Shown here: positions 51,419 to 60,804 of the stretch, piece after piece
How the letters are laid out: every line of letters begins with the position of its first letter
Numbering within the stretch: the first letter of the stretch is position 1
Assembly: GCA_965215365.1 (NCBI GenBank)
Contig: CBDCDS010000003.1
Coordinates: forward strand, 1,600,001-1,664,000
Origin: Gammaproteobacteria bacterium
Lineage (GTDB): Bacteria > Pseudomonadota > Gammaproteobacteria > Eutrophobiales > Eutrophobiaceae
Length of the DNA: 64,000 nucleotides
Direction: 5' to 3'
Notes under the pieces: model-generated
What the model was told of the DNA's origin: nothing
Databases searched by the model: none
Seen by the model: the letters and a program-made list of their open reading frames with translations, nothing else
Translations under genes and position numbers: made by a program

Positions 51419-54141
51419 TGACCATCCATTTCTCCCTGAACGGCCGCGAGCTTGAGGCCGCGGCGCAAGAGACAATCCTTGAGGCGGCCCAGCGTCACGG
51501 CGTGGAAATCCCGCGCCTGTGCTACAAGGAAGGCTATCGCGCCGACGGCAACTGCCGCGCCTGCGTGGTGGAAATTGAGGGCGAGCGGGCGTTGGCGCCG
51601 TCCTGCTGCCGCAAACCGGCAGACGGCATGAAGGTCAGTAGCGACAATGCGCGCGCACTGCACTCGCAGAAAATGGTGCTGGAACTGTTGCTGGCCGACA
51701 TGCCGCAACAGGGCGCCTCCCCTTATCGCCTGGACTCGGAACTGGATTACTGGGCTGAAAAGTTGAACGTGTTTTCACCCCGTTTTGAGGCGCGGGAAGC
51801 GGTCGAACACGATCTGTCGCATCCTGCCATTGCCGTGAACCTCGATGCCTGCATCCAATGCACCCGGTGCGTGCGCGCCTGCCGGGAAGAGCAGGTGAAC
51901 GATGTCATCGGTTATGCCTGGCGCGGCAGTCACACCGAAATCGTGTTCGACATGGGCGACCTTATGGGCGAGAGCACCTGCGTGGCCTGCGGCGAGTGCG
52001 TGCAGGCCTGTCCCACCGGCGCCCTGATGCCGGCTCGCAACGTGGGGCTGGTGCAAGCGGATAAGCAGGTTGATTCTGTGTGCCCGTACTGCGGCGTCGG
52101 CTGTCTGCTCAAGTTCAATGTAAAAAATAACCATATCCAGTATATTGATGGCCGCGACGGCCCTTCAAATAATGGCCGCTTGTGTGTCAAAGGGCGTTAC
52201 GGTTTTGACTATATACACCATCCGGGCCGCCTGACCAGACCATTGATCCGCAAACCAGACACGCCCAAGACTACAGAGATTATCCCGGCGCAGGCGCTGC
52301 ACCGTTATTTTCGCGAAGCCACCTGGGAAGAGGCGTTGGAACTGGCAGCCTCCGGCCTGCGCGCCATCCGGGATACACAGGGCTCCCAGGCTCTGGCCGG
52401 GTTCGGCTGCGCCAAGGGCAGTAACGAGGAAGCCTACCTGTTCCAGAAACTGGTGCGCACCGGCTTCGGCACCAATAACGTGGACCATTGCACCCGCCTG
52501 TGTCACGCCTCCTCGGTGGCCGCGCTGCTGGAGACCATCGGCTCGGGCGCGGTGTCCAACCAGGTGGCGGACGGCACACAGGCAGAGGTTATCATCGTGA
52601 TCGGCGCCCGGCCCAACGATAACCATCCGGTAGCAGCCACGTTTATGAAAAACGCGGCGATGAGCGGCAGCAAACTGATCGTGATAGAGCCGTACAGTTC
52701 TGAGCTGTACCTGCATGCCCACGAGTTTCTGCAACTGCGCCCGGGTACGGATGTGCTGCTTTTGAATGGCATGATGCATACGATAATCAGTGAGGGGCTG
52801 TACGATCAGACCTTTATTGATGCTCACACCGATGGTTTTGAGGCGTTGCGGGAAACCGTGCAGGCATATAGCCCGGAGCAGGTATCGCCGCTATGTGGCA
52901 TCGCCGCGTCAACCATCCGGGAGACGGCGCGGCTGTACGCAACGGCGCAATCGGCCATCATTTTCTGGGGCATGGGCATTTCCCAGCATGTGCACGGGAC
53001 GGATAACGCCCGCTGCCTGATCTCGCTGGCGTTGATGACCGGGCAGATCGGCCGGCCCGGTACCGGCCTGCACCCGTTGCGCGGCCAGAACAATGTGCAA
53101 GGCGCCTCCGACATGGGGCTTATCCCCATGGTGTACCCGGACTACCAATCTGTGCAAGACCCCAACACCCGGCGCCGGTTCGAGGAATTCTGGGGCGCGG
53201 TGCTGGATCCCAAGCCTGGCAAGACCGTAGTCGAGATTATGCACAGCGTCCATGAGGGAGAAATAAACGGCATGTACATCATGGGCGAGAACCCGGCGAT
53301 GTCGGACCCCAACCTGCACCACGCCAGAGACGCGCTCACCCGGCTGCAGCAGCTCGTGGTGCAAGACATATTCTTCACGGAAACCTGTGGTTTTGCCGAT
53401 GTCATCCTGCCGGCGTCGGCGTTCCCGGAGAAGACCGGCACCTTCACCAATACTGATCGCCGGGTGCAACTGGGCCGTCAGGCAGTCACCCCGCCCGGCG
53501 CTGCGCGCCAGGACTTGTGGATTATCCAGGAACTGGCCCGGCGTCTCGGCCTGGACTGGGACTACCCGGACGCAGAGGCGGTATTCGAGGAAATCAGACA
53601 GGCTGTACCCAGCATGGCCGGCATGACCTGGCCTCGCCTGGAACAGGAGGACTCATTGACCTACCCCCTGCTTAAGGAAGACGACCCCGGTGAACCGGTG
53701 ATATTCAAGGGCGGCGTGTTCCCCACGGCCGACGGCAGGGGACGTTTTATTGCAGCCGATTATATCGAAGCGGCAGAATTGCCCGATGACGACTATCCCT
53801 TCACCTTCATGACCGGCCGCCAACTGGAACACTGGCATACCGGCACCATGACGCGCCACTCCCGGGTCTTGAACACCATCGAACCCTGGCCCTACATCCT
53901 GATCAACCCGCAGGATTTGCAAGCGCTCGGGATGGAGTCAGGCGACCTGCTCACCATCGAATCCCGCCGCGGCGCCCTGTCGGTAGCCACCCGCGTCGAC
54001 GAAGGCATGCAAGCAGGCGTACTGATGATGCCGTTCACCTACCACGAAGCCGCCGCCAACCTCCTCACCAACGACGCCCTGGACCCCTTCGGCAAGATCC
54101 CGGAATTCAAGTTCTGCGCGATACGGGTGAGCAAGCATTAG
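51418..54141 (+). CDS. fdhF: Formate dehydrogenase alpha subunit (Mo/W-bisPGD, Cys type)
   Basis: Fe-S motifs, CPYCGVGC, DHCTRLCHAS, PLRGQNNVQG, KIPEFK; TAATG overlap with beta subunit. Confidence 0.9.
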   Translation: MTIHFSLNGRELEAAAQETILEAAQRHGVEIPRLCYKEGYRADGNCRACVVEIEGERALAPSCCRKPADGMKVSSDNARALHSQKMVLELLLADMPQQGASPYRLDSELDYWAEKLNVFSPRFEAREAVEHDLSHPAIAVNLDACIQCTRCVRACREEQVNDVIGYAWRGSHTEIVFDMGDLMGESTCVACGECVQACPTGALMPARNVGLVQADKQVDSVCPYCGVGCLLKFNVKNNHIQYIDGRDGPSNNGRLCVKGRYGFDYIHHPGRLTRPLIRKPDTPKTTEIIPAQALHRYFREATWEEALELAASGLRAIRDTQGSQALAGFGCAKGSNEEAYLFQKLVRTGFGTNNVDHCTRLCHASSVAALLETIGSGAVSNQVADGTQAEVIIVIGARPNDNHPVAATFMKNAAMSGSKLIVIEPYSSELYLHAHEFLQLRPGTDVLLLNGMMHTIISEGLYDQTFIDAHTDGFEALRETVQAYSPEQVSPLCGIAASTIRETARLYATAQSAIIFWGMGISQHVHGTDNARCLISLALMTGQIGRPGTGLHPLRGQNNVQGASDMGLIPMVYPDYQSVQDPNTRRRFEEFWGAVLDPKPGKTVVEIMHSVHEGEINGMYIMGENPAMSDPNLHHARDALTRLQQLVVQDIFFTETCGFADVILPASAFPEKTGTFTNTDRRVQLGRQAVTPPGAARQDLWIIQELARRLGLDWDYPDAEAVFEEIRQAVPSMAGMTWPRLEQEDSLTYPLLKEDDPGEPVIFKGGVFPTADGRGRFIAADYIEAAELPDDDYPFTFMTGRQLEHWHTGTMTRHSRVLNTIEPWPYILINPQDLQALGMESGDLLTIESRRGALSVATRVDEGMQAGVLMMPFTYHEAAANLLTNDALDPFGKIPEFKFCAIRVSKH

Positions 54142-54165
54142 CCCAAGCGCAAATCTCAACCAGGA

Positions 54166-55377
54166 TCAGGAACTCTTAAAGCAGACTCTCTCTATCACCG
54201 TCGAGCCCACGCTATCTCCCCATACGTTCACGGTGGTTCTGAGCCGATCCAGGAACCAGTCCACAGCCAGCAACAAGCCGATGCCTTCCATGGGCAGGCC
54301 CACCGCGGTGAGCACGATGACCATGGTGACCAGGCCGGCCTCAGGGATGCCGGCGGCGCCGATGGCCGCCAGGGTGGCGGTGATGAAAATGACGACCTGG
54401 TCCATGGGCGCCATGTGTATGCCATAGGCCTGGGCAATAAACATCACGGCTACTGCCTCATACAGGGCGGTGCCGTCCATATTTACCGTGGAGCCCAGCG
54501 GTAGCACGAATTTGGCCGCGCGCTTGTCCACGCCGGCTTCCTGCGCACACTCCAGGGTCAGCGGCAGGGTGGCCGAGGAACTGGCGGTGCCGAACGCGGT
54601 AATCAAGGCTTTGGACATGGTGGCAATGAACTGTCGGCCACGCCGGCTGACGACAATGAGGATGGTCATCAGCACGAAAAAATGCAGGGTCAGACCGACG
54701 CCGACCGTCAACATGTATTTGCCCACACCCAGGATTTCCTGCCAGAACTGTTCACCGCCGCCGCTGCTTCCGAGCTTTGATGAGACCAGGGCAAAGATGC
54801 CGATGGGAGCAAAGTACATGATCCAGACGACGATTTTTATCATCACGTCGTTCATGGCCTCGAAAAAAGCCACCAGCGGCTTCCCGCGTTCCCCGAGCGT
54901 GGTCAGGGCGGCGGCAAACAGGATGGCAAACACGATCACTTCCAGCAGCTTGGTTTCGGCTGCCGAGGCCACGATATTGTCGCCAATCAGCGAGCGGATG
55001 ATGTCAATAAAGCCGGTGTCCTCCTTGCCGCTGACCCGGTCGGGAACCACCTGGCTCACCTCGCTGATGCCGGCGCCGGGCTGGATGATATTCACGATAA
55101 TCAGGCCCAGCAGCACGGCGATGGCAGTGGTGCAGAAATAATACAGCACGGTGAAGCCACCGAGCCGTTTCAAGCCGCCGGAAGCCCCGCCTAAGGAGGC
55201 AATGCCACTGATAACGGCGGCGACAATGAGCGGGATGATGACCATTTTCAGGGCGTCCAGGAACAACTCTCCCACCCAGGCAATGGCAAGCATTGATTGA
55301 CCGAAAAACCAGCCGCAGAAGATGCCGGAAATGGCTGCGACCAGCAGCGCCCATAACAAATGGTTACTATTGTGCAT
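54166..55377 (-). CDS. Dicarboxylate/amino acid:cation symporter (DAACS)
   Basis: TASSSATLP, GSTVNMDGTAL, IGAAGIP, DWFLDRLRTTVNVWGD. Confidence 0.92.
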   Translation of the reverse strand: MHNSNHLLWALLVAAISGIFCGWFFGQSMLAIAWVGELFLDALKMVIIPLIVAAVISGIASLGGASGGLKRLGGFTVLYYFCTTAIAVLLGLIIVNIIQPGAGISEVSQVVPDRVSGKEDTGFIDIIRSLIGDNIVASAAETKLLEVIVFAILFAAALTTLGERGKPLVAFFEAMNDVMIKIVVWIMYFAPIGIFALVSSKLGSSGGGEQFWQEILGVGKYMLTVGVGLTLHFFVLMTILIVVSRRGRQFIATMSKALITAFGTASSSATLPLTLECAQEAGVDKRAAKFVLPLGSTVNMDGTALYEAVAVMFIAQAYGIHMAPMDQVVIFITATLAAIGAAGIPEAGLVTMVIVLTAVGLPMEGIGLLLAVDWFLDRLRTTVNVWGDSVGSTVIERVCFKSS

Positions 55378-55385
55378 AGCGCAGT

Positions 55386-56171
55386 TTACTCCGTGCCTTC
55401 ACTGCCTGCGGCGTTATAACCACAATCAACATAGGTAATCTCGCCGGTGACGGCGGAGGCATAATCAGAACACAAGAACGCGCCCACATTACCGACTTCT
55501 TCAATGGTAACATTACGGCGCAGCGGGGATACTTTTTCCACGTGACTAAGAAACCCGCGCAGACCTTTGATGCCGGAGGCGGCTAGGGTGCGGATAGGTC
55601 CGGCCGAGATGGCATTCACGCGAATGCCCTCCGGCCCCAGGTCGGCGGCCATGTAACGTACATTGGCCTCCAGGCTGGCCTTGGCAATGCCCATCACATT
55701 GTAATTAGGCATGGCCCGCACCGAGCCGATATAGGTAAGGGTGAGCATGGCGCCATTGCCGCCCTGCATCAACGGCCGCGCCGCCTTGCCCAGCGCCGCG
55801 AAACTGTAGGCGCTGATGTCCTGCGCCTGCAAGAACCCGGCGCGGGTAATGCTGTTCAGGTAATCACCCTCCAGCAGCGCCCGGTCGGCGAATGCAACCG
55901 AATGCACCAGTATATCCAGGCGCTCCCAGCGCTCACCGAGGCGGGCAAACATGCCCTCAATAGCGCCCTCCACAGCCACATCACAAGGCAGGGCAATATC
56001 CGAGCCGGTCTGCCCGGCAAACTTCTCCACCCGCCCTTGCAGCTTGTCATTCTGGTAGGTAAACGCCAGCTCCGCCCCTTCCCGCTGCATCGCCTGCGCA
56101 ATCCCCCAGGCAATCGAACGATTGCTGGCAACCCCAACAATCAGCGCCCGCTTGCCGGTCAGCAAACCCAT
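55386..56171 (-). CDS. fabI: Enoyl-ACP reductase
   Basis: [38 protein letters not shown]. Confidence 0.96.
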   Translation of the reverse strand: MGLLTGKRALIVGVASNRSIAWGIAQAMQREGAELAFTYQNDKLQGRVEKFAGQTGSDIALPCDVAVEGAIEGMFARLGERWERLDILVHSVAFADRALLEGDYLNSITRAGFLQAQDISAYSFAALGKAARPLMQGGNGAMLTLTYIGSVRAMPNYNVMGIAKASLEANVRYMAADLGPEGIRVNAISAGPIRTLAASGIKGLRGFLSHVEKVSPLRRNVTIEEVGNVGAFLCSDYASAVTGEITYVDCGYNAAGSEGTE

Positions 56172-56417
56172 GATTGAACCTTGTTCATCGTTACATTATG
56201 CCATGCGGGGCAGGAGTTGTACATTGGAGCCGACTATTATTTCTGACTATTATTTCCTGACATCAACTTCACGTTTTTGTAAAATGGTATAACCCGGTTG
56301 GCATCCGTAGCTTCGGCTTGCCCGATTGAATGATGCGGAATCACGAAAGTATTAGTGCCACAAAAGAGCAGGAAGGTACTTAAATAGGGAGCGGAGGGAA
56401 AAATGGCTGAAATGGCG

Positions 56418-56708
56418 TCATTGCCAGGTCAAAAAGTTGTAGTCGGTGTCGATAAACCAGGCGGCCTTTTTTCCCGACTGTATTCATCTGGTAAAGAGTT
56501 TGCTCCCCGGGGTGCGCACCGCGTTGACGGTCTGCCAGGCAATCAGCATCGCCATTACTGTTGTCTTACCGGCGCCGGTGGCCATTTTCAGCGCCAGTCG
56601 CAGCAGTTCCGGGTTGGCTTGTTCGTTCGCGTTCTCTATATGTGTCCAGAGGTGTTTGTGCCGTTTCTGTCGGCGCGCGACCTCGGTCAACCAGATCAGG
56701 GTTTCCAT
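56418..56708 (-). pseudogene. Type III restriction-modification remnants (Res fragment followed by Mod-like fragment)
   Basis: ETLIWLTEVA...RLALKMATGAGKTTVMAMLIAWQ (Res helicase Walker A); after the stop, AAWFIDTDYN typical of the partner Mod C-terminus. Confidence 0.7.
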
Positions 56709-57557
56709 TTACTTCTCAGCCAACGCATCGCGCAACCCGTCGCCGAGGAAGTTCAGTGAGAACAGGGTCAGCGCCAGCAGAGTGGCGGGGAACAGCAGGA
56801 GCCAGGGGTATTCTTCCATGGTTTCCACGCCGTAGGCGATGAGCAGGCCCCAGGAGCTCTGGGGGGGTTGAATGCCTAAGCCTAAGAAGCTGAGGAAGGA
56901 TTCCAGCAGGATCACATTGGGTACGGTCAGGGTGGCGTAAACGATCACGGGGCCGGCGATGTTGGGCAGTACGTGTTTGACGATAATGCGCCGGCGCGAC
57001 GCGCCCAGGCTCACCGCCGCTTCGATGTAATCCTGCTGTTTGATATGCAACACCTGGCCGCGCACGATACGCGCCATGGTCAGCCATTCCACTGCGCCGA
57101 TGGCGAGAAATAACAGGATGATATTGTTGCCGAATACTACCATCAGCAGAATGATGAAGATGGTGAAGGGCAGGGCATAGAGGATATCGACCGTGCGCAT
57201 CATCAGTGCGTCCGTGCGCCCGCCCAGGTAACCGGCGAGCGCACCCCAGGTCACGCCGATGAGCAACGCCACGGCGGTGGCGATGAAGCCGACCGCCAAC
57301 GACACGCGGCTGCCGTAGAGCATCCGGGTCAGCAGGTCGCGCCCGAACAGGTCGGTGCCCAGCCAGTGTGCAGCCGAGGGTGCGCTCGGCCCCAGCACCA
57401 GATTCTGGGCAGAGTAGGAGTACGGGCTGAGCCAGGGCGCCAGCAGCGCCAGTAGTGCCAGGGCCGTCAACATGCACAGGCCGAACATAGCCACCTTGTT
57501 GCGTTGCAGCCGCCGCCAGGCATTGCGGCGCGGCGATATGCTGTGTGGCTCAGCCAT
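56709..57557 (-). CDS. oppC: Oligopeptide ABC transporter permease
   Basis: HWLGTDLFGRD, EAA loop, ESFLSFLGLG, NFLGDGLRDA. Confidence 0.9.
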   Translation of the reverse strand: MAEPHSISPRRNAWRRLQRNKVAMFGLCMLTALALLALLAPWLSPYSYSAQNLVLGPSAPSAAHWLGTDLFGRDLLTRMLYGSRVSLAVGFIATAVALLIGVTWGALAGYLGGRTDALMMRTVDILYALPFTIFIILLMVVFGNNIILLFLAIGAVEWLTMARIVRGQVLHIKQQDYIEAAVSLGASRRRIIVKHVLPNIAGPVIVYATLTVPNVILLESFLSFLGLGIQPPQSSWGLLIAYGVETMEEYPWLLLFPATLLALTLFSLNFLGDGLRDALAEK

Positions 57558-57562
57558 ATACA

Positions 57563-57713
57563 GGGCACCTCTAAAAATTAGAGGTGCCCGTGCAGCATAA
57601 GGATATGCTGCTATTTTTAAGCACGTAAGTGCTTGAAAATGAAGGAAACGAAAAATCGCATTTTTTCGTTTCCGTCTCTAAAAATGTCATGGAGGGCATT
57701 TTTAGAGGTGACC
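57563..57713 (+). mobile_element. Family A structured repeat, full-length copy 1 (151 bp), TSD taca
   Basis: taca|gggcacctcta ... tagaggtgacc|taca; five hairpins. Confidence 0.88.
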
Positions 57714-58637
57714 TACAGTCTCGGCGCGCACCTTGGGGTCCAGCCAGGCCAGCAGCACATCGGCAACGATGTTGAACGCGATGATCAAACCGGCAAACAA
57801 CAAGGTGGTGCCCATGATCAAGGTATAATCCCGGTTGAACGCACCCTGCACAAAGTAGCGCCCTAGGCCGGGGATCTGGAAAATGGTCTCCACCACGAAC
57901 GAACCGCTTAATAACCCGGCCAGCGCCGGCCCCAGGAACGACACCACCGGCAACAACCCCACGCGCAGGGCATGGCGGGTAATGATCACGGCTTCCGGCA
58001 GGCCCTTGGCGCGGGCACTGCGAATGAAGTCCCGGGACAGAGTTTCCAGCATACCACCGCGGCTCAGGCGGGCGATATAAGCGGCATACACCGACCCCAA
58101 GGTAACAGACGGCAGGATCTTGTCGCCGGGGATCAGCTCCCAGCCGGCCACCGGCAACCACTCCAGCCAGATGCCAAACACCAGTGCCAGCAGCGGCCCC
58201 AGCACGAATGCGGGCAGGCAGATACCCACCGTGGCAAATGTCATCGGCAGGTAGTCCTGCCAGGTATTAGGCCGCAGGGCCGCGCACACGCCGCTGCCGA
58301 TGCCGATCAGCAGGGCGAACAGCAAGGCGTAACAGCCCAGTTCCAGCGTGACCGGAAAGCCGGCTGCGATAATCTCATTCACCGTCCGCCCCGGATACCG
58401 GAACGACGGCCCCAGGTCGCCGCGCAGGGCGTGACTGAGGTAGTCGTAAAACTGCACGTGAATGGGCTGGTCCAGGTTGTAACGCTCATTTAAGCGCTCG
58501 AGAATCTCTGCCGGCACCGCCTTCTCCGCGGCAAACGGCCCGCCGGGCGCGGCATGGATGAGCAGGAAGGTGATGAAGCTGACGGCAAACAAGACCGGTA
58601 CAGCCTGCAACAAACGCCTGAGAATGAATCCGATCAT
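57702..58637 (-). CDS. oppB: Oligopeptide ABC transporter permease
   Basis: APGGPF, GDLGPSF, ARAKGL, GSFVVETIF, NRDYTL; stop codon lies inside the repeat. Confidence 0.9.
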   Translation of the reverse strand: MIGFILRRLLQAVPVLFAVSFITFLLIHAAPGGPFAAEKAVPAEILERLNERYNLDQPIHVQFYDYLSHALRGDLGPSFRYPGRTVNEIIAAGFPVTLELGCYALLFALLIGIGSGVCAALRPNTWQDYLPMTFATVGICLPAFVLGPLLALVFGIWLEWLPVAGWELIPGDKILPSVTLGSVYAAYIARLSRGGMLETLSRDFIRSARAKGLPEAVIITRHALRVGLLPVVSFLGPALAGLLSGSFVVETIFQIPGLGRYFVQGAFNRDYTLIMGTTLLFAGLIIAFNIVADVLLAWLDPKVRAETVGHL

Positions 58638-58642
58638 ATAAC

Positions 58643-58900
58643 TTATCCGCAGATATTTATCCGCAGATGACGCAGATTAACGCAGATATTTTTTGGGTTA
58701 TTCCTGACATAAGGGCGCCTCTATTACACGAGGCACCCGTGCAGCACAGGGATGTGCTGCCATTTTTAATCACGTAAGTGATTGAAAATGAAGGAAATGA
58801 AAAATCACACTTTTTCATTTCCGTCTCTACAAATGCCACGGATGGCATTTGTAGAGGTTACCATAAAAAAATCTGCGTTAATCTGTGTCATCTGTGGATT
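58643..58900. repeat. CGCAGAT-rich inverted repeat pair enclosing family A copy 2
   Basis: atccgcagatgacgcagattaacgcagat ... atctgcgttaatctgtgtcatctgtggat. Confidence 0.85.
58713..58862 (+). mobile_element. Family A structured repeat, full-length copy 2 (150 bp), TSD ataa
   Basis: ataa|gggcgcctcta ... tagaggttacc|ataa; collinear with 57563-57713. Confidence 0.88.
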
Positions 58901-60500
58901 TAACCAATGAAATGTACTTGTAAGGATGAATATCCAGCAGGTTCGGGTGCCAGCCGCGCACATCCGGCGACACCAGGGCCTTGTTGACGTAGATGTAGAT
59001 GGGCATGATGGGCAGTTCTGCCATGAGGATGTTTTCGGCCTCCCGGAACAACGCGAAGCGATGTTCCTGCTCCGTTGTCTGTGCGGCCCGGGCGAGCAGT
59101 GCGTCGTAGCGCGGGTGGGACCAGCCGGTATCGTTGTTGCCGCTGTGTGAAGTGTACATGTCGAGGAAGGTGTTGGGGTCCAGGTAATCGCCGATCCAGC
59201 CGGCGCGCGCGATCTGGTAATCACGACTGTCGCGCTTATCCAGATAGACCTTCCAGTCCTGGTTGACCAGTTTGACGTCGATATTCAGGTTGGTCTTCCA
59301 CATCTGTTGCACCGCAATGGCGATGCGGCGGTGCCCTTCCGAGGTGTTGTACATCAGTTCCAGCGACGGGAAACCGGCACCATCCGGATAACCGGCCGCG
59401 GCCAGCAGCGTCTGTGCCTGTGGCACATCGTAGCGTAATACAGGTTCGGCTGTATAGCCGTTCACTTCCGGTGGGGTGTAACTGTAGGCCGGCAACTCGC
59501 CGGCCATGGTAATTTTATCTGCTATCTGTTGCCGGTCGAGGGCCAGACTCAACGCCTGCCTGACTTGCACCTGGTGCAGCGGCGCGGCAGTGGTGTTGAA
59601 CAGGTAGTAATAGGTGGAGAAAAAGGGATGCAGTTTCAGTACCTCCGGTCGCTCGCGGCGATAGCGTGCGATCTTGTCGGTGGGTATGGTGCCGGTGATG
59701 TGCAACTGCCCGGCGCGGAACATGCGCTCCTCGGTAGTGGCGTTCTGCACCGGATAGAATACGATCCCGTTCAGTCGCACTGTGTCGGCATCCCAGTAGT
59801 GTTCATTTTTTTCCACCACGATACGACGGTTCAGTGTCCATTCCTTGAGTGTGAACGGGCCGTTGCCGACGAAATTACCCGGACGCGTCCAGCGCGTGCC
59901 GCGCGCATCGGCGGACCCAAAGGCTTCGATGGTGGCCTGGTGCACCGGGTAATAGCTCATGTGTGTGAGCAGCTGCGGAAAAAACGGTGTGGGGTTGTCC
60001 AGTTTGACTTCCAAGGTCAGGTCGTCCAAAGCCTGCACGCCTACCTCGGAGAAATCCGTGAGCTCGCCGCGGTGGAAGGCTTCGGCATTACTGAGGTAGT
60101 ACAGCATGTAGGCATAATTATTGCCCAGCGCCGGCAGCAGCGCCCGGCGCCAGGCATAGACAAAGTCCGCGGCCGTGACCGGGTCACCATTGGACCAGCG
60201 CGCCTGTTCCCGCAGGTGGAAACGGTAAGTCCTGCCATCCTCGCTCACCTGCCAGTCGCGAGCCACGCCGGGCATGATGCGCAGGTGCTGCGGGTGCAGC
60301 GCCAGCAGCCCTTCCAGCAGGGCCAGACACAGCTTGTGCTCAATATGCCCGGTAACAATATGCGGGTCCAGTTCCTGCGGCTCGTCACCGTTGCCGATAT
60401 GCAGGATGCCCTGACGCGTGCCGCGCTCAACGTTGGTTTCGTAATCAAAGCTGCACGAGGCCAGCAGCAGGGCCGCTGCTGCAACTACGGAACGCAACAC
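58878..60500 (-). CDS. oppA: Oligopeptide ABC transporter substrate-binding lipoprotein
   Basis: Lipobox LASC; EPQELDP, WSNGDPVTAADF, NGPF, RAGWIGDY. Confidence 0.92.
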   Translation of the reverse strand: MLRSVVAAAALLLASCSFDYETNVERGTRQGILHIGNGDEPQELDPHIVTGHIEHKLCLALLEGLLALHPQHLRIMPGVARDWQVSEDGRTYRFHLREQARWSNGDPVTAADFVYAWRRALLPALGNNYAYMLYYLSNAEAFHRGELTDFSEVGVQALDDLTLEVKLDNPTPFFPQLLTHMSYYPVHQATIEAFGSADARGTRWTRPGNFVGNGPFTLKEWTLNRRIVVEKNEHYWDADTVRLNGIVFYPVQNATTEERMFRAGQLHITGTIPTDKIARYRRERPEVLKLHPFFSTYYYLFNTTAAPLHQVQVRQALSLALDRQQIADKITMAGELPAYSYTPPEVNGYTAEPVLRYDVPQAQTLLAAAGYPDGAGFPSLELMYNTSEGHRRIAIAVQQMWKTNLNIDVKLVNQDWKVYLDKRDSRDYQIARAGWIGDYLDPNTFLDMYTSHSGNNDTGWSHPRYDALLARAAQTTEQEHRFALFREAENILMAELPIMPIYIYVNKALVSPDVRGWHPNLLDIHPYKYISLVKSTDDTD

Positions 60501-60514
60501 GTCAGGGACGCGCT

Positions 60515-60628
60515 TCAGTTTTTTTTATTTTGCTTGTGCTGATGCCAAAGGATTCCAGCCGTTGCCAACATGAAAATGATCGACAATGCTGAAAAGAACA
60601 TCAGGGGTGTGACGATAATTGATGTCAT
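60515..60628 (-). CDS. 37-aa single-TM peptide
   Basis: MTSIIVTPLMFFSALSIIFMLATAGILWHQHKQNKKN; TAATG coupling to the upstream ORF; below ORF-track cutoff. Confidence 0.55.
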   Translation of the reverse strand: MTSIIVTPLMFFSALSIIFMLATAGILWHQHKQNKKN

Positions 60629-60804
60629 TATTTTTCCCTCAAAATCAGAAAGCCTGTTACTGCAGCAAACACAGAGGCGTTTATGCTTACCAGTAAAACA
60701 GTCAGCCCAGACAGATTTTGTATCTCCAAAAGTACGGTTAACACCACTCCGGCAAGTATCAGTTTGGATATATCCAACAAATAATCCGCAATTTTTTCCG
60801 TCAT
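60628..60804 (-). CDS. Small two-TM protein, DUF6722-like
   Basis: MTEKIADYLLDISKLILAGVVL...; GGAG RBS; AT-rich. Confidence 0.6.
   Translation of the reverse strand: MTEKIADYLLDISKLILAGVVLTVLLEIQNLSGLTVLLVSINASVFAAVTGFLILREK

Noticed and set aside
51418-54141. Selenocysteine formate dehydrogenase
   Set aside because: Active site is Cys (RLCHAS) with no in-frame TGA.
57571-57866. Small ORFs over family A repeats (also 58657-58848)
   Set aside because: Derived from the repeat; changes between copies preserve base pairing, not protein sequence.
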